A stretch of DNA of 64,000 nucleotides from a candidate division WS1 bacterium (GTDB lineage: Bacteria > Armatimonadota > Zipacnadia > Zipacnadales > UBA5352): the NCBI GenBank assembly GCA_012522765.1, contig JAAYJW010000331.1, forward strand, positions 2,331 through 66,330. Direction: 5' to 3'. Position 1 is the first letter of the stretch. Every line of letters starts with the position of its first letter. A program made the translations under genes and the position numbers. The notes below the pieces were generated by a model. It saw only the letters and a program-made list of their open reading frames with translations. It was not told where the DNA came from and did no database searches. Below, in pieces: positions 9,948-20,200 of this stretch.

Positions 9948-10541
9948 ATGAAGTGGGCTATCGGTATTGCGGCGGCATTCGCGATGATAGTGCTGGTGGG
10001 CATCGCGGTGTTCGTGGGTATGCGCATCGGCAGGTCCGGCGACGATGCAGCAGGCGGCGACGTTACTGCTACGCGGACTGAAGATACGTCTGCGGAGAGC
10101 ACACCGGCGGGCGGTCAGGGCAAACTGACCGCGGGTGCCGCTACCTCTGAGACGGGCGCGGCCACCCGCGAGCAACCCTTCACGAGCGCGGTGGAGATGC
10201 CTGACACCACACCGCCTCCACCGCCACCCGTTGCGCCTCCACCGCCGGTGCTGCCGGTGAGGAACGAACTGCTGCCGCAGAGCGACGACCGCCCGCTCAC
10301 CGGCAGCGATGTGACGGGACTGGGCAACTGGGACCTGACGCTCGCCCGGAACGAGATCTACGCGCGGCACGGGCGTCCGTTCAGCAATGCGCAGATTCGC
10401 GCCTACTTCCAGGGCACCGGTTGGTACACCGCGGATAGCGGCTACAGCGACAGGCGGCTGTCGCAGCTTGAGTCGCGCAATGCAGTCTTCATCCGCGAGT
10501 ATCAGGAGGCCGTCTTCGGCCGAGCAGCAACTGCTCCGTAA
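9948..10541 (+). CDS. Membrane-anchored YARHG-domain protein (Pro-rich linker)
   Basis: N-terminal TM helix (MKWAIGIAAAFAMIVLVGIAVFVGM), a PPPPPPVAPPPPVLP linker, and a C-terminal YARHG domain about 75% identical to the neighbour. Confidence 0.8.
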   Translation: MKWAIGIAAAFAMIVLVGIAVFVGMRIGRSGDDAAGGDVTATRTEDTSAESTPAGGQGKLTAGAATSETGAATREQPFTSAVEMPDTTPPPPPPVAPPPPVLPVRNELLPQSDDRPLTGSDVTGLGNWDLTLARNEIYARHGRPFSNAQIRAYFQGTGWYTADSGYSDRRLSQLESRNAVFIREYQEAVFGRAATAP

Positions 10542-10620
10542 GTCAGGCGACAATGACAACAAAAAGCGGCGGGTCGCAGGCAGCGGCCCGCCGCCGCAAC
10601 TATCGGGAGCATCTCAGACC

Positions 10621-11532
10621 ATGCGACTCGCTATCACACTCGCACTGCTGATCGCAAGCCTCACCGGAGTGTTTGCAGACGACGCCACCGTGGCCGTCAC
10701 GTCGCACCCCTCGGATGCGAAGGTCTACGTGAACGGCTACTACAAAGGCCGCACACCCGCTACCATCACGATTTCCTCCGCCACCGCGACTCCGGCAAAC
10801 TACCGCCTCACGCTCCACCTGCCCGGCTTCAAGCCCTATGACACTGAGATTGTGCTCGCCGCCGGGCAGAACAAGGCGCTCTATGCCACGATGGAGCGGC
10901 TTCCGTCGGCGCTGGGCGGGCGGACGATCTGCATAGATCCGGGGCATCCGTCCGAGACCAGCGCGGGCACTGCCGGCCCCACCGGGGTTAGTGAGAACCG
11001 GATGAACTGGCAGGTGGCGCTCAAGCTGCGCGACAATCTCCAGGCTGCGGGCGCTACCGTGGTGATGACCAAGCAGAGTGAGAACGAGCATGTGACCAAC
11101 CGGCGCCGCGCGGAAATCGCCAACGCTGCCAACGCGGACATCATGATCCGCCTGCACTGTGACGCGGCATCAGCGCGTGGCTTTGCGATCTTCGCGCCGG
11201 ACAGGCAGGGCACCAAGTACGGCGTGACCGGCCCGAGCCAGTCGGTGATCCAGCGAAGCACGGCCGCGATGGGCTCATTCTACGAGGGGATGAAGTCGGT
11301 GCTGAGCGGGACGCTCCCCGGGCGTGGCACGCATGGTGATTCGGCCACCTACGTCGGCTCACGGCAGGGCGCGCTGACAGGCTCGATCTTCTCGCAGGTG
11401 CCGACGCTCACGGTCGAGATGGTCGTGCTGACTAACGCGCAGGACGAGGCGTTCATCAAGAGCGCATCCGGCCAGGCGCTGATGGTGGACGCGCTGCGCG
11501 CGGGGCTGGAGTATACGTTCCGGGCGCGGTAG
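10621..11532 (+). CDS. N-acetylmuramoyl-L-alanine amidase (Amidase_3) with N-terminal PEGA domain
   Basis: Signal peptide MRLAITLALLIASLTGVFA. PEGA-like VYVNGYYKGRTP. Amidase_3 ICIDPGHPSE...MIRLHCDA. Track ORF 10387 has a spurious R/S-rich extension. Confidence 0.8.
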   Translation: MRLAITLALLIASLTGVFADDATVAVTSHPSDAKVYVNGYYKGRTPATITISSATATPANYRLTLHLPGFKPYDTEIVLAAGQNKALYATMERLPSALGGRTICIDPGHPSETSAGTAGPTGVSENRMNWQVALKLRDNLQAAGATVVMTKQSENEHVTNRRRAEIANAANADIMIRLHCDAASARGFAIFAPDRQGTKYGVTGPSQSVIQRSTAAMGSFYEGMKSVLSGTLPGRGTHGDSATYVGSRQGALTGSIFSQVPTLTVEMVVLTNAQDEAFIKSASGQALMVDALRAGLEYTFRAR

Positions 11533-11557
11533 GCGGAAGAACCGGTTTCGCTGCAAG

Positions 11558-11610
11558 AAAGGCCCCTCGACGTGGGAGAAAAAGCTCTTCCGCGTCTTCG
11601 AGGGGCCTTT
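11558..11610. terminator. Bidirectional hairpin terminator between convergent amidase and antitoxin genes
   Basis: Inverted repeat aaaggcccctcgacg...cgtcttcgaggggccttt. Confidence 0.45.
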
Positions 11611-11634
11611 GCAACTCCCATCGGTGCAGCCTGC

Positions 11635-11976
11635 TCATCTTCCCGAGGACATCGCCTCAATGATCTCAGACTGCGACAGGCTCGAATGCTTTTTCGAGTC
11701 GGCACGTTGCTTCAAACTGAACTTTATATCCAAGCCCAATGCCGTAGCCAATCGTACGAGCGTGCGCACCGTCGTGTTATGCTGCGTGTTCAGGAACCTG
11801 CTCAGCGCACTCGGCTGCATGCCCGCGAGTTCCGCCAGCTCCGCCTGCGTGTATCCCTTCTCCTCCATCGCAGCGTAGATCTTTTCCGCCAGATCGTACA
11901 ACAGACCATCGAGAATGTAATCAGGGTCGCCCTCAAACCTACGCTTGCGCTCCTGATAAGCTTCTGACTGCTTCAT
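11635..11976 (-). CDS. HTH XRE-family antitoxin (HigA-like)
   Basis: Helix-turn-helix YTQAELAELAGMQPSALSRFLN. Lies immediately downstream of the toxin gene (24-nt gap). Confidence 0.8.
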   Translation of the reverse strand: MKQSEAYQERKRRFEGDPDYILDGLLYDLAEKIYAAMEEKGYTQAELAELAGMQPSALSRFLNTQHNTTVRTLVRLATALGLDIKFSLKQRADSKKHSSLSQSEIIEAMSSGR

Positions 11977-12000
11977 GTCTTGGTCCTCCTCCGCCCGCTG

Positions 12001-12450
12001 TTATTCACCCGGATAAGTCGCCAGGTACTGCTTCTTCAAGGCAACCGCTCGGTCTATCTGAGCCTGAGGCGTCTTGTCTGTCTTCTTCGTGAAGCCATGC
12101 GTCAACACTATGAGCCCCCTGCCGTCAGGCAGTTTGCCAGCTCGAAACCAGAACACGCGTGACTGGTACTCTTTCAGTTCGAATAGATTGTTTTGCCCTT
12201 TGATCGGCCGTCCTTTCTCAAGGTTTCGAGGAGGGCCTTGATTGCACATGCGTTCAGCCGCTGCATGAATCTTCTTCTGCCCGGCTTCAGGCAGACTCTC
12301 GACAAACTGATCGAACAGAGTGAGATCGCCTTCTCGTGTGCACAGCGCGACGATCACATACAGCTTCCCTGCCGTAACAAGCTCACGTTTCAGCATGCAG
12401 TCCGCATCTCCAGCAGCCCCGGGAAGGGCATTCATTGTGTATGTTAACAT
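12001..12450 (-). CDS. Gp49-like / HigB-RelE family type II toxin
   Basis: Hallmark C-terminal region NLFELKEYQSRVFWFRAGK...IVLTHGFTKKTDKTPQAQIDRA. Start may be an internal Met, for example MLKRELV. Confidence 0.75.
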   Translation of the reverse strand: MLTYTMNALPGAAGDADCMLKRELVTAGKLYVIVALCTREGDLTLFDQFVESLPEAGQKKIHAAAERMCNQGPPRNLEKGRPIKGQNNLFELKEYQSRVFWFRAGKLPDGRGLIVLTHGFTKKTDKTPQAQIDRAVALKKQYLATYPGE

Positions 12451-12504
12451 ATATGATAACTCGGGTCAATGCGCTGAGCATTGACGCGGCTCGTGTTCCT
12501 CCGC

Positions 12505-13650
12505 TTACCCCGCCTCAAGCTCCTCGAGCAGGCCGTCAGGCACTGTCGCGGCGTAGGGGCGGGGGATGCCATCGCGGTCGGAGTTGAAGATCACGTAGCG
12601 ACAGTCAGGGCTGAAGTAGGGGTGCGGGTGGGTGTACTGCGGGCGGCCGATGGATGCCAGCGAATCGCACAGCACCCGCGAGCGGCCCGTGCGCACTGAG
12701 CCGACGATGATCGGGTGGCCTTTTTCGCGCGCGTCGGAGACGAAGAAGCGACCGTCCTTCGAGGCGTTCGGGTGGCAGTAGGTCCATCCGCCGGCGATGG
12801 CGCGCGCGGACGCATCACCCGGGCGCACCGCCAGCAGATTGCCCCTCTTCAGCGCCTCGCGGGGGTCCCTGTGCCAGACGGTGAAGAGGATCTCGCCGCT
12901 CTCCCCCAGCCACGCCTCATGACCCTGGCAACGGGGCGTATGCGGCAGCCCGATCGGCAGTCGCGTCGGGTTGCCCTGCATGTCGATCACGTAGAGCGTG
13001 GAGCCCTGCTCGCCCACATTGCGCGTCATCTGCCCGCGCTCATCCACGATGCATCCGCGATTGTGCTGCACGAGGCAAAGCTCGCCGCCGCCGGGATCGA
13101 TCTGCACATGCGCGTTGGGGATCTCCGGATCGGAGTGGATGACCTCCCACGTCCCGTCCTCGAGGTCCGCCTTCACGATGCCGAAAAGCTGCGGCTCGAG
13201 GCGGGCGGCGTAGATGTATGTGCGACCATCGGGGCTGTACGTGCCGATCGATCGCAGTCGTGGCGCGCCCTCAAGCACGATCTTCTCACGCTGAAGCGTC
13301 TCTATCTCCACCCGCACGATCGTGACCGGGAGTTCGGTGCGGGCGGAGGCGATGCAGAAGTAGCGCTGATCGGGACTCACCGCCGCCCCGCGCAGTTGCT
13401 CAACGTGCTCGGCGACCGGCTCGGACCAGCTTCGCTGCAGATCGGCCCGCCATAGCTCGAACGGTCCCTGCGGTGTATCGCCGAGCGTGTACATCACGTA
13501 GCGCGAGCCTGCATCCATGTAACGAACTTCGCAGTAGATGTTCGACCCGATCCGGCTGCCACTGGTAAGCTGCGTGACCTGCGAGCCTGAGCGCGGATCG
13601 ACCTCGCGCGGAACGAACTCGATTGCCGGACGGAAGATGTTGCTGCGCAT
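12505..13650 (-). CDS. Oligogalacturonide lyase family (PL22-like) beta-propeller protein
   Basis: C-terminal THPHPYFSPDCRYVIFNSDRDG closely matches Ogl THPHPSFTPDDKHILFTSDVDG. N-terminal QLTSG...Y pattern resembles Ogl RLTPP. Confidence 0.65.
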   Translation of the reverse strand: MRSNIFRPAIEFVPREVDPRSGSQVTQLTSGSRIGSNIYCEVRYMDAGSRYVMYTLGDTPQGPFELWRADLQRSWSEPVAEHVEQLRGAAVSPDQRYFCIASARTELPVTIVRVEIETLQREKIVLEGAPRLRSIGTYSPDGRTYIYAARLEPQLFGIVKADLEDGTWEVIHSDPEIPNAHVQIDPGGGELCLVQHNRGCIVDERGQMTRNVGEQGSTLYVIDMQGNPTRLPIGLPHTPRCQGHEAWLGESGEILFTVWHRDPREALKRGNLLAVRPGDASARAIAGGWTYCHPNASKDGRFFVSDAREKGHPIIVGSVRTGRSRVLCDSLASIGRPQYTHPHPYFSPDCRYVIFNSDRDGIPRPYAATVPDGLLEELEAG

Positions 13651-13716
13651 AGTGTGCCTCCGGGAGAAGAGCGTAGGCCATCGGTGGCAGGTTCGGGAGA
13701 GGGCGGCTGCGGACCT

Positions 13717-14615
13717 TCACGTCTTACTCTGAGGCAACGGCCGCGTGGCGAGCCAGACCGCGATGATGATCGCGACCGCTCCGGCGACGAAATGCCATGT
13801 CAGCCCCTCGCCAAGCAGCGCCCAGCCGAGAAGCATCGCCAGCGGAGGCGCAACATACTGTGTCGGCCCGAGGATGTTCGCATCTACCAGCTCCAGCGCG
13901 CGGTACCAGACCAGCATCGCGATGGTGGTCGGGAATATGCCCAGCCAGGCGACGGCAAGCCACTCACGCCAGCCGAGCATGACGTCGGGCCGCCGCGCCA
14001 GCGCCACAATGATCAGCATGAGCGCCCCGGCGATCAGCGTGACCGTTGCCGCCTCGGGACCGCCGAGGAGGCGCACGTAGCGCTTGCCCCAGACGGTGTA
14101 TGCCGCCCAGCAGATTGCCCCGCCGAGCGCGGCCAGCGAGCCGAGCACGTTGTCAATCACCGGCAGCGCCTGCGGCGCCGGTGCGCCCGTCACGATGATC
14201 GCGCAGCCGCCGAGTCCGATCAGCAGCCCGATGAAGCGCAGCAGCGGGACGCGCTCGCCGATGAGCAGCGCGAAGACGCCGATGAAGATGGCGTTCGCGT
14301 TGAGTATCAGCGCGCCATTCATCGAGGTGGTGAGGCTGGCGGAGATGAAGACGAAGATGCCCATCGCGAAGATGCCGATCGCGCCGAGGATGGTCAGCGG
14401 CACGATCTCCTCGGCGGCGCGCATCAGCCGCTGCCAGCGGCCGGTGATGGCGAGAAAGATGACCGCAACCGCCGCACCGACGGCGAAGCGGAGCGCAGCG
14501 GTGAGGATCGGGTCCACACCGCGCCCGGCGGTGGTATACCGCGCCGCAACGAAGACGCTCGACCACAGCGCGCTCGCGATCAACCCCAGCAGCAGACCCT
14601 TCGTGCGATCCGTCA
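13717..14615 (-). CDS. DMT-superfamily (EamA) transporter
   Basis: Ten predicted TM helices with a duplicated EamA pattern. Start MTDRTKGLL with GGGAG RBS. Confidence 0.8.
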
Positions 14616-14671
14616 TTCCCCGGCTCCCTCGGCTCCTTGCCTTCCCCGGCGCATTCGATCTCACTGCAGTC

Positions 14672-17242
14672 CTACGAACCCGGTCGCAGCATCTCCAGCC
14701 TTAAACGTGCCTCATCCGCTGCCGCTGACGCCGGGTACTCATCCACCACCCGCCGAAGCGCCTCCGTTGCGCCGGCGATTTCATCAAGCGGCCCGGCCAG
14801 CACTTCCGCCGCCAACAGCAGCGCCTCCGGCGCCAGCAGGCTCTCCGGGAAGCGTTCCGCCACCGACAGCCACGTCTCCGCCGCCCGGCCGGGGTCATCC
14901 TGCTCCGCCCGCATCTCCGCCAGCAGCAGCAGCGCATCATCCGCCAGCGGCTCATCGCGCGTGCCGGCGATCTCCAGCAACATCTCCTGCGCCAGCCGCC
15001 ACTCGCCACGCTCCCACAGCCCCCGCGCCTCGAGGTACTGCTTCTCCGCGCGCCCGTTGCCATCGAAGTTGGCGCGCACAAACGCTATCCGCTCCAGCGC
15101 ATCATTCGCCTCATCGCTGTGCGGATGATCGCGCGCGACCAGCAGGAAGCGCTCCCGCGCGGCATCGAAGTCCCCCCGCCGCAGAGCGATCTCAGCCAGC
15201 CTCAGTGCGGCCCGGGCAGCGAGATCGCCCGGTGCCGGTGTAAGCGATGGTACGCCGGGCATCTCCGGTAGGTGAACGAAGCCCGGTGGCAGCGGTGGGG
15301 TCTCCCACGGCGTTGCCGACTGCTGCGCCGAAAGCTCCAGCCAGGACTGCTCGGCCTCATCAAGCCGCCCCTCGGCGAAGAGACATTGCGCGATGCCCTC
15401 GCGAGCGGCAAGCGCGTAGCGTGGCTCACCACCGAAGTGTTGCTCCAGCGCCTGCCATGCCTCGCGCGCCTCGTCAATTCGCCGGGCGCGATCGGTGAGC
15501 AGACGCGCCCTGAGCAGCAGCGGCTCCGGGGATTGTTCGAGCCCGTCCAGCGTCGCCAGCGCCTCCCGCCAGTCACCTGCTTCCGCCTGCAGGCGCGCAA
15601 GCTCAGTCGCGACATCCGCCCTGTGCATCGGGGGCAGGTCCATCGTCAGCGCCATCGTGAAGAGCCGCAGCGCGAGGTCCGTCTCACTGCGACGCCGTGC
15701 ATCACGCGCAATCTCGGCGATTTCAGCGCCCGCGCCCGGCACCTCGGCAAGCAGCCCCGCCGCCCGATCGTGCATGCCCACCGCGAAGTAGACGCGAGCC
15801 AGCGCGATGCGCTGCACCGGCGCTGGATCCGCCGATGCGATGTGCTCCTCGACCGCCCGCAGCACTATCTCACCGGCGATCTCATCACGCGCCAGTCGCT
15901 CAAGCTCGATGCCTACGACATACGCCGCCTCATCCTCGCGTCCGAGTGCCGTCAGCAGCTCACGAGCGGCCTCCTCGTACTGCAGCGCCCCCTCGTAAGC
16001 GCGCGCCATCTCCGCGCCCAGCAGCCCCGGATCGCCGGTCGCCTCCCGCGCCTCCGTGATCGCCTCGATCGCCGCGCCGTGGAGCGAGCTGCGCCGCAGG
16101 AGGTTCCACAGTGACCGCACTGAAGTCTCGTCGGCCGCATTGTATCCGACTGAATCCTTGAATTGCTCGACGGCCTCATCAGTGCGCCCCTGGTGCAGAA
16201 GCGCATCGCCAAGCGAGGTGGCGGCCAGTTGGTCGTCGGGGCGCAGCCGAAGCGCCTCACGAAGCGCCTGCTCGGCATCGGCGGGGCTGTTCGCCTCCAG
16301 CGCAGCGTTGCCGAAGGCGATCAGTGTGCCGGGGTCATCCGGCCGAAGCTCCGCCAACCGCGCCCATGCCTCCAGCGCCCCCTCGGCGTCATCCTCCCAG
16401 CGCGCGATGGTGGCAATAAACTCCAGCGCGTCCTCAGGCCGATCGCCATCGGCGTCTGTCCGAAGCCGCTGCAGAAGCCGCTCACGGTCGGCAGCGCGGT
16501 AGATCAGCCGCATCGCCTGCGGCTGTCGCGGGTCGAGTTGCAGGATCTCCCAGCCGATCTCCTCGGCTTGCTGCATGGCACCCAGCCCAAGCAGGCTCTG
16601 CGCCACCTCGGCCATGAGCGAGGCCCGACGCGAAGCATCCTCGGCCGCACGGGCCGCAGCCAGCGCCTCACCGTGCTTGAGCGCGCCAAGCAGCGTCTTC
16701 ACCAGCAGGTCCCGCGCCTGGCGATGCCAGCCGCGATGCACCGGCTGAGCCAACAGGCGCTCAAGCCGGGTGATCGCGGCAGCATGATCTCCCTCATCCA
16801 ACTCAGCCTGCGCCAGCGACAGCAGTGCGTGCCCGACCAGCGGGTGATCGTCGCCCGCGACCTCCAGCAGGCGCGTGTGCGCGTCGCGCGCAAGGTCGCT
16901 GCGCCCGTGCCGGTCCGCCAGCCAGCCGAGGCGCTGCAGGCACGCTACGAGCCACTCACCGCCGCCCTGCAGTCGAAGCGCCGCCGAGAGCGCGGAGATA
17001 GCGCCGTTGCGGTCACCTGCTGTCTCGCGCGCGCCGGCCATCGCGTGCAGCACATGCGCGCGTTGATCGTCATCTGCGGCGACACGCATCGCCTGCTCGA
17101 AGGCGCGCTCGGCGGCGTCGGGCCGGCCCGCAGCGGCCTCCGCAGCCGCCTGCCGAAGCAGCGCCTCAAGGTCCGCCTGCTGTCCCAGCGCCGGCGCCGC
17201 GATCAGCGCCGCAAGCACGAGCACGATCGCCGTGCACCTCAT
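14672..17242 (-). CDS. Secreted tetratricopeptide-repeat (TPR) protein, 856 aa
   Basis: Signal peptide MRCTAIVLVLAALIAAPALG. Entire body is Ala/Leu-rich TPR-like helical repeats. Start overlaps the upstream gene stop (ATGA at 17239-17242). Confidence 0.7.
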   Translation of the reverse strand: MRCTAIVLVLAALIAAPALGQQADLEALLRQAAAEAAAGRPDAAERAFEQAMRVAADDDQRAHVLHAMAGARETAGDRNGAISALSAALRLQGGGEWLVACLQRLGWLADRHGRSDLARDAHTRLLEVAGDDHPLVGHALLSLAQAELDEGDHAAAITRLERLLAQPVHRGWHRQARDLLVKTLLGALKHGEALAAARAAEDASRRASLMAEVAQSLLGLGAMQQAEEIGWEILQLDPRQPQAMRLIYRAADRERLLQRLRTDADGDRPEDALEFIATIARWEDDAEGALEAWARLAELRPDDPGTLIAFGNAALEANSPADAEQALREALRLRPDDQLAATSLGDALLHQGRTDEAVEQFKDSVGYNAADETSVRSLWNLLRRSSLHGAAIEAITEAREATGDPGLLGAEMARAYEGALQYEEAARELLTALGREDEAAYVVGIELERLARDEIAGEIVLRAVEEHIASADPAPVQRIALARVYFAVGMHDRAAGLLAEVPGAGAEIAEIARDARRRSETDLALRLFTMALTMDLPPMHRADVATELARLQAEAGDWREALATLDGLEQSPEPLLLRARLLTDRARRIDEAREAWQALEQHFGGEPRYALAAREGIAQCLFAEGRLDEAEQSWLELSAQQSATPWETPPLPPGFVHLPEMPGVPSLTPAPGDLAARAALRLAEIALRRGDFDAARERFLLVARDHPHSDEANDALERIAFVRANFDGNGRAEKQYLEARGLWERGEWRLAQEMLLEIAGTRDEPLADDALLLLAEMRAEQDDPGRAAETWLSVAERFPESLLAPEALLLAAEVLAGPLDEIAGATEALRRVVDEYPASAAADEARLRLEMLRPGS

Positions 17243-20200
17243 CGCTCCCGCCCCAGTGCCCGGTAGTACTCCCGCACGAGGTCCTCCCAGCCCCGCGGCA
17301 GGCGGTCTGCTCCCCGCCCTCGATGCACCTCGATGCCGCGGGTACGCGTCAGGCTCGGCGACAGCGCCGGCGGGGATGGCGGCGGCTCAAACGCACTCGG
17401 GCGCTCGGCCTTGCGCTCGGGGCTCTCCCGCTCCTTCGTGTACAGCGAGCGCTGCGCCTCAAGCATCTTCTCCAGGATGCGCCCCTGCCGCTCGATCGTC
17501 TCGCGCTGCAGCCGCCCCGAACGCAGGTCGCCCTCGACCTTCTCCATCTCGCCCGGCACCCCGCCAAGCTGATCCGTCATCGAACCGGTCGCCTCACCCC
17601 CGCGACGCATCATCTCCTCCAATGCGCGGCGGATCAGCGCCTGCTCGAAGGCCATCTGCGATGGGCTCATCCCCGGCATCTGCCCCGGCTGGCGCCCCCC
17701 CTGCTCACTCCCGGCAGCCTCCTCGTTCAGAGCCTGCTGCCGCTGAGACAGAGACTTCAGTTGCTCCATGTACTGCTGCAGCGCGGACTGGGCCGACTGC
17801 TGTGAGAGCTGCTCATCCGCCTCCAGCAGCAGTTGCGCAAGCTCGTTCAGCCCGCGCATCACGTTCCGGCCGCGATCGTGCGCGGTAATGATGTCGGCGC
17901 CCTCGATCTCCCGGGCGATCTGCCCCATCTCGTCGGCAATAACGCGTGCCGCCGCCGGTAGCATCGGGTTGATCACCGGCGCCTGCCCGGCCAGCTCGTG
18001 CATCCGCTCGGCCAGCCGCCCCGCGGCCGAAGCCAGCGTGCTCTGCCTGCGTCGGAGCGGTGCCGTCGGGCGCTTGTCCAGCAACAGGTCATTGCGCGAC
18101 CGTCCGCGCGACTCCGCCACCGACCGCGTCACATCCTCCTCGCCCTGCGAGATCACGAGCGTGTCGCGCAACATCTCCGCCAACCGCTTACGCGCCTCGG
18201 CGCTGAAGTCTGACCGAAACTGCTCCTCAAGCTCGCGCAGATCAGCGGCGGCACCCTCCAGCGACCGCGAGGCCTGCTGCTGCGACTCGCCCGCATCAGA
18301 GGGCTGGCCGCGCTCGATGGCGCCCGTCGCGCGTCGCATCTGCGCAGCCGGATCCTCCCTCTGCAGCCGGTCCGCGATTGCCCCGAGCCGCGCCGCCACC
18401 TCAGCATCCACCTCTCGCGCCTGCTCCACGCCCGCCTCGACGCGCTCACTCAGCGGCGCGGTGTCCCTCGCAAGGGCGCGCTGCTCGTTTCCGGTTCGCC
18501 GGCTCTCATCGGAGCGACCATCGGGAAGTTTCGCGGTCTCCTCGGACAACTGCTGCTGGCGTGCGAGGAGCCGCTCCGCCTCCTGCCGCAACTGCCCCAG
18601 CAGCGCCTCGAGGCGCGCCCGGCGCAGCAGCGACAGCGTCTGCTCGAGCCGCTGCATGAAGCGTTCCTGCGCCTCCTGGGCACGTTCGAGGCTCATGCGC
18701 ATCTCCTCGGGCGACTGCGCCTCCATCGCCCGCTGCAGTTCATCAAGCGCCTTCCGCAACTCCTCGTCCATCACGTCGCGCATCAATTCATGAAGCTCGC
18801 GGACCTTCTCCACCAGCTCCGGCGTCATCAGTCCCGACTCGGCAAGCTGCTCCTCCGCCCTCCGCATCGCCTGCTCCAGCCGCCCCGCCTGTTCCTGCAG
18901 CCGCCGCGCAGCCTCCTGCAGTTCGAAGCCCGGACGCGTCGGCGTGGCCTCCTCATCCGCGCCGCCCGCATCCCCGCTCGCGATGCCGCGCAGCGCCTCG
19001 GTCAGTTCCCGCTGGAGCGCCTCAGCGGTCCGTTGAAGCTCCTCCAGCGCATCCGCCTCCTCACTCTGTGCCTGCTCCAGCGGCGTCTCAGGCGCGGCTT
19101 GCTCGAACTCAGCCGCGGCGCCAAGCGTGATGCGAATCGGCGCACTCACCGACGTCTTCCGCCCGCTGAAGGCGTCATTGTCCGTCGCGTATGCGCAGAG
19201 CAGCAACTCTCCGCCGGGCTTCAGCCCGAGCGCGGCCGGGTTCAACCGTGCGTTGGCGGAAGCGACGGCACCCGGCGCCGATTGCAGGGGCAGCGACCGC
19301 CACTGCTCATCCTCGCCGAGGCGGTAACGAAGCCCCAGCGTGCTGATGCCGTAGTCGTCGGAGGCCGCAATTGCCACCTCCACCGGCGCGGCCATCAGCA
19401 GCGAAAGATCGCTCTCAGGGCGCACGAGGCGCACCAGCGGCGGTTGGTCCTCGACCGGCTCCAGCGCCCGCCATGGCGTCGCGGTGGTGGCACCTGCGTC
19501 ACGCGACGTCAGCCGCCAGCGAAGCCGGCTCGTGAGCGTGAAGCTGTGCACGCGGCGGCCATCCGGCTGCGCGGCCATCTCTGCATCCCCGCCGGGCTCA
19601 GCCGTGAAGATCGCCTGTGCGCTCTCGGGGATGGCTGTTGCACTGATGGTGATGCTGCTGCCGAGAGGCGCGCGCACAGCATCAATGCCGGAGGTGGTTG
19701 TGCGACGGGGCTGGTTGCAGTAGGCGGGAGGGTCAATCACGAGGGACAGGTCGAAGATGCTCGGCGGCTGCGTCACGATCGGCTCAGCATCCTCCGCCGA
19801 AGTCAACGCTGGCGCTTCGACTGCCGGAGTTGGCGCGGAGGGAGCGGCGGCCCATGCCAGCATGGCGAGGCCCAGCGCGAGGCATGCTGTCACCGCGGGA
19901 GTCCGCAGCATCCGTACCGGCGCGGCACGCGCGATGGGGAGGTCATTCAGCGCGCAGGTCGCCTCTCGCGCCACTCGCACTACCGCGGCCTCCGAGCGCG
20001 GGGCGCGCCCGGGATCACGTGTGAGCAGGTCCACGGCGGTGGCGACGGTATCCTGCAGGAACGGGAAGGCGCGTTCGACCGCGAGTGCGGCGTCAAGCGG
20101 CCTCAGCGGCGATACGATGCGTGCGAGGGCCGGAAGCAGCGCCACCGGCAACAGCAGGAGCGCGGCAGGACTCTGCAGCACCTCGCGGCCCATCAGCAGC

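Noticed and set aside
13654-15243. 529-aa plus-strand ORF (R/P/A/D-rich) and similar long ORFs 15272-16114 and 16163-17266
   Set aside because: They lie antisense to the well-supported DMT and TPR genes. Their composition (runs of R, P, A, D) is typical of out-of-frame GC-rich artefacts. No RBS or family motifs.
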